Assembly: GCA_016935555.1 (NCBI GenBank)
Contig: JAFGQR010000129.1
Coordinates: 13,867 to 77,866, forward strand
DNA from: Verrucomicrobiota bacterium
Lineage (GTDB): Bacteria > Verrucomicrobiota > Verrucomicrobiia > Limisphaerales > JAFGQR01
Length of the DNA: 64,000 nt
Direction: 5' to 3'
Both the position numbers and the translations under genes were made by a program. The notes beneath the pieces are model-generated. The model did not search any database, had not been told where the DNA came from, and worked only from the letters and a program-made list of their open reading frames with translations. Shown piece by piece: positions 27,233 to 35,697 of the stretch (position 1 is the stretch's first letter; each line of letters starts with the position of its first letter).

Positions 27233-28661
27233 CTCGCTCCTGGCGTTCCTGCCCGAACTGGTGCTGCTCCTCGGCGCCCTCGCGCTGTTCGACATCAGCC
27301 TCGGCACCGGCCGGGCCCGGGCCGCCCGGCGGGCGGCGCTGCTGACGGCGCTGCTGACCCTTGCCGCCGGCGGAGTGGCCCTGGGGCGCGAGGCGGCGTT
27401 GTTCCATGGCGCCTACCGCGTGGACGCGTTTTCCCAATGGCTCAAGCTCGTGATCGGGCTGGGGTATCTCGTCGTGGTGCTGGCGGGCGGGCGCCTGGCG
27501 GACATTCGCGAGGAGGTCAGGTCCGAATACCATTTGTTTCTGACCCTGAGCGTGTGCGGATGGGCGATGTTGGTGAGCTGCGTCGAGCTGATCACGCTCG
27601 TGGTGGCCCTGGAGCTCGCGTCGTTCCCGCTCTACCTGATGGTGGCGCTGCGCCGCGAGCGCGAAGGCCAGCGCAGCCAGATGGAGGCCGCCGTCAAATA
27701 CCTCATGTTCGGCATCGCCGCGAACGGGATCATGGTTTTCGGAATAGGCTATTTGTTCGGCGTGACGGGCACGACCTCGCTGCCGGCGATGCTGCAGAGG
27801 CTGCCCCCGGTCGCGCAGTCGCCTCTGGCCGTGGCGGGGCTGCTGATGACCTTCGGCGGATTGTATTACAAGCTGGCTGTGTTCCCATTCCACTTCTGGA
27901 CGCCCGACGTCTACCAGGGCGCCGCGAACGAAACCGCCACCCTGATCGCGTCCCTGCCCAAGATCGGGGCGGTGGCGGTGCTGACGCGTCTGGTGGCCCT
28001 GGCGACGCCGCAGAATCCGGCGATCGCCGTGATGCTCGCGCTGCTGGCGGGCGCGTCCATGTGCTACGGCAACCTCCTCGCCCTGGTGCAGTCGGACCTG
28101 AAGCGCCTGCTGGGCTTCTCGGGGATCGCCCACGCCGGCTACGTGCTGATGGGCTTTGTCGCGCTCGACCCGGCCGGGTCGGCCGCGGCGCTCTATGCCA
28201 TCGTGGCTTATGTGTTCATGGTGCTCGCTGTGTTCACCGTCGTGTGCACCCTCTCGCCGGACGGCGCGAATGTGGCCGTCGAGGACCTGGCCGGGCTGCA
28301 CCGGCGCGCGCCCCTGCTGGCGCTGACGCTGCTGGTGGGGATCTTTGGCCTGGCGGGGATGCCGCCGTTTGCGGGGTTCACGGCGAAGTTTGCGCTGCTC
28401 AAGGCGGCGTTTGCGCGGGGGCATCTCGCCCTGGTGATCGTTGCGGTCGTCAACACGGCCATCGCCCTCTACTATTACCTGAACGTGGTTCGCACCGCGT
28501 ATTTTGGAGGCGACACCGGCCTGCCGGCCGTGGCGCTCGATGGGCCGACGCGCCTGCTGTGCGTCGCGCTGGTGGCGGGGGTGATCGGCCTGGGCGTGGT
28601 GCCGGGGCCGTTCCTTGAATTCATGGCGGCGTCCCTGGTCCATGTGCGGCTGCCGCCTTGA
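27216..28661 (+). CDS. nuoN: Complex I subunit N
   Basis: Internal ATG of ORF 27102..28661. Contains YYKLAVFPFHFWTPDVYQGA and LLGFSGIAHAGY. Confidence 0.9.
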   Translation: MLPRLDSLLAFLPELVLLLGALALFDISLGTGRARAARRAALLTALLTLAAGGVALGREAALFHGAYRVDAFSQWLKLVIGLGYLVVVLAGGRLADIREEVRSEYHLFLTLSVCGWAMLVSCVELITLVVALELASFPLYLMVALRREREGQRSQMEAAVKYLMFGIAANGIMVFGIGYLFGVTGTTSLPAMLQRLPPVAQSPLAVAGLLMTFGGLYYKLAVFPFHFWTPDVYQGAANETATLIASLPKIGAVAVLTRLVALATPQNPAIAVMLALLAGASMCYGNLLALVQSDLKRLLGFSGIAHAGYVLMGFVALDPAGSAAALYAIVAYVFMVLAVFTVVCTLSPDGANVAVEDLAGLHRRAPLLALTLLVGIFGLAGMPPFAGFTAKFALLKAAFARGHLALVIVAVVNTAIALYYYLNVVRTAYFGGDTGLPAVALDGPTRLLCVALVAGVIGLGVVPGPFLEFMAASLVHVRLPP

Positions 28662-28753
28662 CAGCAACACACCAGGGGGCAAGCGCGTTGCCGGCCGGTT
28701 CCTCGTGAACATCCCGCTTGCGAGGCCATAAAGTCAGGCATACTTGGCCTGAC

Positions 28754-29110
28754 ATGAAAACGCTCACGATGCGCGATTTGAACCGGAAAATCGCCGGCGT
28801 GCTGGACGCGCTCGAACGGGGCGCGAGCTTCGAGTTGCGCCGCCATGGCAGGACGGTGGGCTGCCTGACGCACCGCGCGCCGCCACCGGAACGGAAGCCG
28901 GATTGGAAAACCCGCTTGGATTGGCTGAGTCAGCGTTTCGAAACTGGCCGAGGGATGGCGAAAGACAGCGGCAGGACTCGGTGTGTTTGTCCGGGCGGGC
29001 TGTTTGTCATTCCGGTTTCGCCGCGGGCGGTTTGGTGGAGGGGACGCCCGCGGGAGTCTGCGCGGCGCGATAGGCGGGCGCGTTGGTGCCGAGGACGGCG
29101 GTGCTTTTGA
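28754..29110 (+). CDS. Phd/YefM- or VapB-like antitoxin-type protein, apparently orphan and with a run-on 3' end
   Basis: MKTLTMRDLNRKIAGVLDALERGASFELRRHGRTVGCL...RKPDWKTRLDWLSQ resembles type II antitoxin N-termini. GC3 bias and a protein-like sequence fade after about 28950. The ORF then reads 104 nt into the convergent gene, and no toxin gene follows. Confidence 0.45.
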   Translation: MKTLTMRDLNRKIAGVLDALERGASFELRRHGRTVGCLTHRAPPPERKPDWKTRLDWLSQRFETGRGMAKDSGRTRCVCPGGLFVIPVSPRAVWWRGRPRESARRDRRARWCRGRRCF

Positions 29111-31244
29111 CGCGGGCAGGCAGGTAGCGGTCCACGCTGCCGAAATACCAGAGGGCGGCGAGGATGACGAGGAGGATGGGGAACCAGAGCCAGCGCCAGA
29201 CGCTCTTCTTGTCGGCGTAGGGGTCCTGGAGGGAGCGGCGGGAGCCGGGCGGAAGCGCGGCCATGTCGGTCATGGCCTTGCCGAAGGCGACATTGATTTT
29301 GGCCCGGCCGTTGATGGCCCAGCCGTTGGCATCGAGGATGGGGCCGATGTTGCGGAGGCGGAGTTTCAGGTAAGCCAGGAGCATGGCGGGGCCGGAGATC
29401 AGCAGGATCAACGCCACGAACGCAATCGGCATCCAGATGCCCAGTTCAATGAACTTGCCGAGGAGCAATCCCAGGAAGGTGCCGATGCTGCCCAGGGCCA
29501 CGCCGATGGCGGCGACGGTTCCGACGTCCATTTTCTTGGCCGGGAGCGGGGCCGCAGCCGGCGGTTTGTCGGCGGTGGCGGCGGCTTGGGCGGCGGTGGT
29601 GAGCTTGGCGGCGGAGGCGGATTCGGCGGCGGCGGCGCGTTTGGCGATCATGTCTTCGATCGCGCGCACCGCTTTCTTGTAGGGCATCCAGAAGGCTTCG
29701 CGGATGCTGATCGGGTTGGCGACGATGCGGGTGATGGTGGCGTCCCAGTCGCGGCTTTGGCGGTCATAAAAGATGCCGTTGCGGCCGACCATGAGGTGGT
29801 CGGAATCGCCCTGGGTGAACGCGGCGACGATAGAGAGCTTCTGGCCGCCGGGGCGGGTGCAATCGCAGTAGGCGAGGTAGGCCTGGGAAAGGCCGGCGAG
29901 GGCGGCGTGCTTGGCGGCGTCCGAGACATGGACGCAGAGTTTGCAGCTGCGGCCGTCGAGGTAGAGGGTGCCGGCTTGGAACACGGCGCCCTTGCGCCCG
30001 TAGAAGTCGGCGAAGTTGACGTAGTTGTCGAGGAGCTTGAAGAAATCGCGCTGGAAGTAAACGAGCTTCTCGACGGCCAGGATCTGGGCGTATTCGGGCT
30101 CGAGGGCGGCGTCGGCTTGGATCAGTTGGGCGATGGCGCTTTGGGTGTTGCCGGCCAGCAGTTCGCGGACGCGGGCGACGCCGAGCGTTTCGGCACCGGT
30201 GGCGGGTTTGGCGGCGGTCCAGGCGTCGAACGGCGCGATTTTGGCTTGGACGGCGGCCCAATCGTCCTCGGAGAGGGTGGGTTTGCTGCCGCCGAGCAGA
30301 GGGACCACGGCGGTGGTGACGAAGGATCGGATGGCGCCTATCCAGGCAGGATTAAGGCCTTCGCCCAGGGGCAGGGCCTTTTTGGGCTCGATGCGCGCCA
30401 GGGGGAAGCCGGCCACTTCCTGCGCGGAGATCGTGAGGTCTTTGGCGGCGAGGTCGAGGTATTCGGCTTCCTGGCGGTTGAGGGCGGTCAGGGCGCGCGG
30501 GTCGAATGCGGCCAGGCGGCAGCGGGCGAAGTAATCGTCCACCTTGGCTTTGACGGCGTGGATGGCGGCGGCGGCGGCAGCGGTGGCGTCGGGGGTCAGG
30601 GGGTGGATGGTTTTGTCGGCACCGGCCTTGGCGTGCCATTCGGCGAAGGTCTTGGCCTGCGTGAAGAACGTCTCCAGGAGCGGCGGGTTCAAGCCCGGCT
30701 TGCCGCTGCGGTCCGGAACGCTGCCGACGGCGCTGATGATGTCTTCGATGGCCTGCTTGAGCTTCGCGTCGTCGGCGGCTTCGGCCGGAACGACCCCGTC
30801 GCCGTTGAGTTTGGTTTGGGCGAAGATTTTGACCGTGTCGGCGATGTCCGCGATGCTGATCGCCATGGCGTCGGGTTTGCTGAGGCTTTGAAGGATGCGC
30901 CGGGCGCCGGCCAGCAGGGCGGTGCCGGCGGGCGTCTGGGTATGGATGGCGGACAAGGGGACGCTGTCGCCGCCTTTGAGCAGGCCGTTGGGATCCTTGT
31001 AGACCTCCTTGAGCCATTGAACCGCTGCGAGAACTTCCGGGGCGCGGATGCGACCGTCCTTGTCGGTGTCGAGGTGGTCGAGGGTCTTGGGGTCGAACTC
31101 GATGCCGCGGGTGGGCATGGCGAGGGCGACCCACAGTTTCTGGTCGAGGTGCTCGAGGTTCCAAATGTCCGCGCCGCTCAGGAAGGCAACCTGGTCAACG
31201 CCGCCCGATCGAAAAAACGTCCATGAATGCTGATGGCTTTCCAT
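29007..31244 (-). CDS. Large (745 aa) EF-hand-containing protein with three C-terminal transmembrane helices, function unknown
   Basis: Normal amino-acid composition, whereas the mirror + strand ORF is G/A/D/E/V-rich junk. It has the canonical EF-hand loop DTDKDGRIRAPE (31035-31070) and a long helical middle region. The C-terminal TMs are VGTVAAIGVALGSIGTFLGLLLG, IWMPIAFVALILLISGPAMLLAYL and WRWLWFPILLVILAALWYFG. Confidence 0.85.
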   Translation of the reverse strand: MESHQHSWTFFRSGGVDQVAFLSGADIWNLEHLDQKLWVALAMPTRGIEFDPKTLDHLDTDKDGRIRAPEVLAAVQWLKEVYKDPNGLLKGGDSVPLSAIHTQTPAGTALLAGARRILQSLSKPDAMAISIADIADTVKIFAQTKLNGDGVVPAEAADDAKLKQAIEDIISAVGSVPDRSGKPGLNPPLLETFFTQAKTFAEWHAKAGADKTIHPLTPDATAAAAAAIHAVKAKVDDYFARCRLAAFDPRALTALNRQEAEYLDLAAKDLTISAQEVAGFPLARIEPKKALPLGEGLNPAWIGAIRSFVTTAVVPLLGGSKPTLSEDDWAAVQAKIAPFDAWTAAKPATGAETLGVARVRELLAGNTQSAIAQLIQADAALEPEYAQILAVEKLVYFQRDFFKLLDNYVNFADFYGRKGAVFQAGTLYLDGRSCKLCVHVSDAAKHAALAGLSQAYLAYCDCTRPGGQKLSIVAAFTQGDSDHLMVGRNGIFYDRQSRDWDATITRIVANPISIREAFWMPYKKAVRAIEDMIAKRAAAAESASAAKLTTAAQAAATADKPPAAAPLPAKKMDVGTVAAIGVALGSIGTFLGLLLGKFIELGIWMPIAFVALILLISGPAMLLAYLKLRLRNIGPILDANGWAINGRAKINVAFGKAMTDMAALPPGSRRSLQDPYADKKSVWRWLWFPILLVILAALWYFGSVDRYLPARVKSTAVLGTNAPAYRAAQTPAGVPSTKPPAAKPE

Positions 31245-31623
31245 AAGGTGTGCGGTTGGGTGATTCGGCTTCAGTTTCGGTAAACGTGCGGCGGAGCATC
31301 TCGGCCTGCGTCTTATTTGTCAACCGGGATTCTGATGAGGCGAAGGGCTCCCGTTCTTGGACAGACTGTCCCGTTCCGGTGCAGTGGGGCGGGGCGGGGG
31401 CGGCAGCGGGCGGCGTGGAGGGATCTGGCGGGCAAAGATCCGCAAGGCGCCGGGGCGTTGGCCCGCGGGGTGCTCAAGCTCCCGTGGGAACCATGGACAC
31501 GACTGCATCGCGAGATCGGAGTTCCCATGGCGTTTCAACGTCCATGGCTTTTGGCATGGCGCCGGCCGCTGCGCTGCGCGGCGGGGCGGCATGTCCTTAC
31601 AGCCGCAACCCGCAATACCTGCC

Positions 31624-31800
31624 ATGAATGATCGAGCTACGTCACCGCGCCGCCGCTCCGTGTTGTCGACCCGGACACCGGGCCGCGCCCACAGCGCGCT
31701 GGCGGCGTTTCCCGGGCTGGTGGGCTCAAAAGCCCTGGCGGAAATCAGGGTGCTGATCCGCCTCGCCCGGGAATTCAAGCCGCGGTATTCGACCCGTTGA
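31624..31800 (+). pseudogene. Possible remnant of a sigma54-dependent activator (NtrC-family) gene
   Basis: A 58-codon stretch with good GC3 bias. AFPGLVGSKALAEIRVLIRLARE resembles the start of the AAA+ sigma54-interaction domain (..LiGeSpam.elr.li..vA), but the ORF stops before any Walker A motif. Confidence 0.3.
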
Positions 31801-31810
31801 GCGGCTTGTT

Positions 31811-31848
31811 CCGCGGGGGGCATCCGGGATTGCGGATGCCCCCCGCGG
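31811..31848. other. Perfect 15-bp inverted repeat (stable hairpin) without a T-tract
   Basis: CCGCGGGGGGCATCC-gggattgc-GGATGCCCCCCGCGG, verified base by base. It starts 10 nt after the stop of the small ORF at 31800. Confidence 0.6.
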
Positions 31849-32020
31849 CCACCGTCGTTCGCCGCTGCCGCGAAGGAGGGTGGGTGGCGCGCCGACGCGG
31901 CTGAGGGACCGCGTTCGCCACCGGCAAGCGCCGGATGCGGCGCAGGAGCGCGGGCCGTCGCGGTGGCGAAGAAAAGGCTGGTGTGGGGGGTGGGGATGGT
32001 GCATGATAAGGGCAGCACCT

Positions 32021-32308
32021 ATGTCGCAATCATCTCATGGCGCCGGCCATGCTCCGAACGCTTCGGCCGGCGCGATTTCGGGCATCGAGCGTTTTTTCGT
32101 GGCCAGCGGTCACGGAGGCGGCTGGCTGGTCTTTCGCGAAGGCAACAGGAGCGCCATTCACCGTCTGCCGGGCAAGAAGCAGGCGGTTCACACGGCGAGG
32201 ATTCTGGCGCGCTCGCATTCGCCCAGCCAGGTGATGGTGGAGAATTCCCACGGGACGTTTGCGCTGGCGTATGCGTTTGATTCGAGCAGCGACCTGCCGA
32301 GGTATTGA
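32021..32308 (+). CDS. DUF2188-like small protein
   Basis: GGGWLVFREGNRSAIHRLPGKKQAVHTARILARSHSPSQVMVENSHGTF follows the DUF2188 pattern (GW.V..eG..ra...f.tk.eAi..Ar..A......l.ih..dG). The start is uncertain: 32021 or 32003. Confidence 0.45.
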   Translation: MSQSSHGAGHAPNASAGAISGIERFFVASGHGGGWLVFREGNRSAIHRLPGKKQAVHTARILARSHSPSQVMVENSHGTFALAYAFDSSSDLPRY

Positions 32309-32354
32309 GCGTGAATTTCCTTTGTCGGCCCGGGCCGGCTGAGTAGTCTGCGCC

Positions 32355-33590
32355 ATGGCATTCAGCAAACTGAGGCTTTCGGCATCGGCGCTGGCCGGGG
32401 TGAAGGCGATGGGCTACGTGGAACCGACGCCCATTCAGCTGCGGGGCATTCCGCTGATCCTCGACGGGCGCGACGTCATCGGCAGCGCGCAGACGGGGAC
32501 GGGCAAGACGGCGGCGTTTGCGCTGCCGATCATCACGAAGCTGGAGCCGGGGAACGGCAGGATACGCGCGTTGGTGCTCGAACCCACGCGCGAGTTGGCG
32601 GCGCAGGTGGAGACGGCGTGGCGGGATCTGGGCCGGTTCAGCAGCCTGCAGGTGGCGGTCGTCTACGGCGGGGTCGGCTACGGGCGGCAACGGGAGGCGC
32701 TGCGCGGGGGTGTGGATGTGCTGGTGGCGACGCCGGGGCGCCTGCTCGATATTCTGCGTCAGGGCGCGGGCGGTCTCCAGCATGTCCAATACCTTGTGCT
32801 CGACGAGGCGGACCGGATGCTCGACATGGGGTTTCTGCCCGATGTGCGGCGCATCGTCGAGAAATGCCCCCGCCAGCGGCACACCTCGCTGTTTTCGGCC
32901 ACCATCCCCCCCGAAATCGAAAGCCTCATCCGGTGGGCCATGCGCGATCCGCAGACGGTCGAGATTGGAGCGCGCCGGTCCCCGGCGGCGACGGTGAAGC
33001 ACGTGGTTTACCCGGTTGCCGACAGCCAGAAATTCGACTTGTTGCGGTCGCTGCTGAACCAGGTGAACTACGATTCCGCGATTGTGTTTTGCCGCACCCG
33101 GAACCGGGCCGACCGGGTTGGGCACATGTTGCGCCGGGAGAACCACGCAGTGGCCATCCTCCATTCCAACCGCACGCAGAGCGAACGGGAGCAGGCCTTG
33201 CGCGGTTTTCGCGACGGGCGCTATGAGCTGCTTGTGGCCACGGACATTGCCGCGCGGGGCCTGGACATTCTGGATGTGAGCCACGTGATCAACTACGACG
33301 TGCCCCAACACCCGGAGGATTATGTGCACCGGATCGGCCGCACCGGGCGCGCCCAGGCCACCGGGGACGCCTTCACGCTGATGGTCGCCGAGGACCGCGG
33401 CCACATGGAAGCCATCGAGCGCTTCATCGGCACCAAGATCCAGCGCGTCAAGCTCGACGGCTTCACCTACACCTACACCTCCCTGTTCGAGGACGAAAAA
33501 GACCAGCGCCCCGCCCACGAAAAGAAAGTCAAGGCCGTCCGGGTTCATGGCGGGTATTTTTTCGGACCGGCGCGGCGGCGGCGGCGCTGA
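32355..33590 (+). CDS. DEAD-box ATP-dependent RNA helicase (RhlE-like)
   Basis: AQTGTGKTAAF, PTRELA, VLDEADRMLDMGF, SAT, and HRIGRTGRA motifs. Confidence 0.9.
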   Translation: MAFSKLRLSASALAGVKAMGYVEPTPIQLRGIPLILDGRDVIGSAQTGTGKTAAFALPIITKLEPGNGRIRALVLEPTRELAAQVETAWRDLGRFSSLQVAVVYGGVGYGRQREALRGGVDVLVATPGRLLDILRQGAGGLQHVQYLVLDEADRMLDMGFLPDVRRIVEKCPRQRHTSLFSATIPPEIESLIRWAMRDPQTVEIGARRSPAATVKHVVYPVADSQKFDLLRSLLNQVNYDSAIVFCRTRNRADRVGHMLRRENHAVAILHSNRTQSEREQALRGFRDGRYELLVATDIAARGLDILDVSHVINYDVPQHPEDYVHRIGRTGRAQATGDAFTLMVAEDRGHMEAIERFIGTKIQRVKLDGFTYTYTSLFEDEKDQRPAHEKKVKAVRVHGGYFFGPARRRRR

Positions 33591-33717
33591 CTGCCGGGAA
33601 GGCGCGCCCTGCAGGCCGTTCGGATCCGGTGCGGGTTGGGGCGCGCGGGGCCGGAGTTGCCGATGTGGGCCTGCGGACCTTGCGGCGGGCTTTGAGGGGG
33701 GGGGCGGGGGAGCCGCG

Positions 33718-34713
33718 TCAAGACCGCGTCAATGGGGCTGAGGTGTAGCCGCGGGCGGTGTGGTACATGGCCTTGTCGAAAAACAGGATGACCCGGTGTT
33801 CGAGTTCGAGGACGCGGTAGACGTCGAGGGGGCTGCGCCAGACGTCCTGGGCTCTGGAGTGGGTGAGGATATGCTTGCGCAGGAGGGTGAGGGAACTGAG
33901 GACCTCAGGCAAGGTGAAGCCCATCGCGTGGCGTTCGCGGCCGAGTTCCCGGTAAAAGTGTCGCACATCCCGGCGGTCGTCGCCGTTGGCCAGCCATTCG
34001 GAGAAATGGGACAGGACGCCGTGCACCCGTTCCAGGAGGCGGCGCGTATCGGCCCGGGCGTAGGAGGGGGTGGTGGGATGGTTTTGGACATCGTGCAACC
34101 AGGCGTTGGCGATGGCGCGGGCGTGGCGGGTGGCGAACGCGACGAGGGGGTCGGAGAGCAGCGCCTGGCCGGGAGCCTCGCGCAGGTGTTGGAAAGAGTC
34201 GTGGATGGCCCACTCCTCGCGGTGCGCCTGCACGCAGGCGCGGATGGCGCGTTGATTGGCCGTGAACGCCAGCGGGGGCAGGGCGTCGGGGCTGAAGTAG
34301 CCGACCGCCTCGGCGTCGTCGCCGGGCCGCTCGCCGCCGCCGAGTTTCTGCGCTTCGAACGTGACCACCAGGAGGTCGCCATAGGGGTCAACCGTCACGG
34401 ATTCGGCGGCGAGCAGGCGGACGACGCGGCCGGAAACGCCCGTTTCCTCGTTGAGTTCGCGCAGCGACGCGTGGGCGATGGTTTCCTGCAGTTCGGCAAA
34501 GCCCATCGGCAGGCACCACAGCCCCTGGCGGGGCGGGCGGCGGCGCTTGACCAGCAGCACTTCGCGGTGCGGATTGACCACCACCGCCGCCGCCACCGGG
34601 AGCGGGTTTCGATAAAACACCGTTCCGCAGCTCGGGCACACTTCGCGGGCGCGCCCGGCCACGGGGCGTGTCTGCACCCTGCTGCCGCACTGGCTGCAAA
34701 ACCGGGCTTTCAT
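33718..34713 (-). CDS. Zn-ribbon + NUDIX hydrolase fused to a C-terminal RsbRD_N-like (non-haem globin sensor-type) domain
   Basis: CSQCGS...CPSCG ribbon and a perfect Nudix box, GFAELQETIAHASLRELNEETGV. The C-terminal 170 aa (..LGRERHAMGFTLPEVLSSLTLLRKHIL..) resemble the N-terminal domain of RsbR-type stressosome sensors. The start at MKARF (34713) forms an ATGA overlap with the upstream gene's stop. Confidence 0.75.
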   Translation of the reverse strand: MKARFCSQCGSRVQTRPVAGRAREVCPSCGTVFYRNPLPVAAAVVVNPHREVLLVKRRRPPRQGLWCLPMGFAELQETIAHASLRELNEETGVSGRVVRLLAAESVTVDPYGDLLVVTFEAQKLGGGERPGDDAEAVGYFSPDALPPLAFTANQRAIRACVQAHREEWAIHDSFQHLREAPGQALLSDPLVAFATRHARAIANAWLHDVQNHPTTPSYARADTRRLLERVHGVLSHFSEWLANGDDRRDVRHFYRELGRERHAMGFTLPEVLSSLTLLRKHILTHSRAQDVWRSPLDVYRVLELEHRVILFFDKAMYHTARGYTSAPLTRS

Positions 34714-35513
34714 GGCGCGCGGGGCCGGCGGCTCCAAAAGACAACGTCGTTTTTCTCGACCTCGAATCCGTCCGGGCTGTTCCGGGCCGACGCGAGCCGG
34801 CGCGCCACATCCGGGGGCGGCGTGTCCGGGGGTTCGGTGTCGGGGCGCAGGAGGGGCCATTTGAACCGCATGAACCGCCACAGATCGTCCCCGTCCTGCG
34901 CGCCGAACCGCAGCCGGTTCTGGTAGAATTGCGACTGGATGTGGTGGAAGTGGGGGAGGAGTTGGGTCCGGCCGTTTTGGGCCGAGAAACGGTGGAGCAG
35001 TGCGTGCAGGGGGGTGAGGGCAGGGGTGACGCCGGCCAGTTCGTACAACGAGCCAAACGAGTCCTCACTGTGGGCGGTGGCAAGAAACACGCCCTCGCGC
35101 CGCAGCACCCGCGCGATCTCGGCGATGGCGTCCGGAAAATAATAGAGCGAGTAGGAGGCGACGACGAGGTCGAAGGTGCGGTTTGCCCACGGCAGGAGTG
35201 CTTCGAGGATCAGTGCGTGAAACTCGGCCTGCCGGCCCGACGCCGCCACCAGCTCCGTGAACGGGACGCGGTTCTCGTCGCAGGCGTCCACGCCCACGAC
35301 CCGTGCGTCGCAAGGGATTCGGGGCAGGAGGGCGGCGGTCATGTAGCCAAAGCCGCAGCCCAGATCGAGAATGTCGCGAGCTGCCGCCAGGGGGACGCCT
35401 GCCAGCGTCATCTCGCGAATGTCCGCCGGGTTGACCGAGTGCCGGTGGATGATGGCCGAGATGGCTGCATGCTCGGCAGGCGAGGCGAAAACGCGCAGAA
35501 CACGGTTGAACAT
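34710..35513 (-). CDS. Class I SAM-dependent methyltransferase
   Basis: Motif I ILDLGCGFGYMT, with further motifs at VGVDACD and FDLVVASYSLYY. The start was chosen at MFNRVL. Confidence 0.8.
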   Translation of the reverse strand: MFNRVLRVFASPAEHAAISAIIHRHSVNPADIREMTLAGVPLAAARDILDLGCGFGYMTAALLPRIPCDARVVGVDACDENRVPFTELVAASGRQAEFHALILEALLPWANRTFDLVVASYSLYYFPDAIAEIARVLRREGVFLATAHSEDSFGSLYELAGVTPALTPLHALLHRFSAQNGRTQLLPHFHHIQSQFYQNRLRFGAQDGDDLWRFMRFKWPLLRPDTEPPDTPPPDVARRLASARNSPDGFEVEKNDVVFWSRRPRAP

Positions 35514-35697
35514 GGTTGCGGCCGTCCGGCCGCATGCAACATAATCCGGGAAGCGGCAAGCGGAAAGGGGAAAGCGCTTTTCCGCAAAAAAAGCCTTGTG
35601 CAACCCACGACGCTTGGGCACTTTTTCTGCCGCTTTCAGTGAACCGGTCGTTATCTGCACCGAGATTCTCGAATCTCTAAGGTGCCATCATCGCTCG

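Noticed and set aside
28983-31226. A 747-aa ORF on the + strand mirroring the EF-hand gene.
   Set aside because: Its translation is almost entirely G/A/D/E/V/R, with no hydrophobic core or motifs. That is the typical antisense shadow of a GC3-rich gene. The minus-strand product has normal composition and recognisable features.
31386-31410. A G-quadruplex-type motif, GGGGCGGGGCGGGGGCGGCAGCGGG, upstream of the EF-hand gene.
   Set aside because: It fits the G3+N1-7 rule, but a genome this GC-rich will generate such runs by chance. There is no supporting context.
31320-32018. Several 70-230-aa ORFs on both strands in the roughly 780-bp gap upstream of the EF-hand gene.
   Set aside because: They are Arg/Pro/Gly/Ala-rich with no consistent GC3 periodicity, except for the last 58 codons of the + frame, which I reported separately as a possible remnant. 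I regard the rest as non-coding or decayed.
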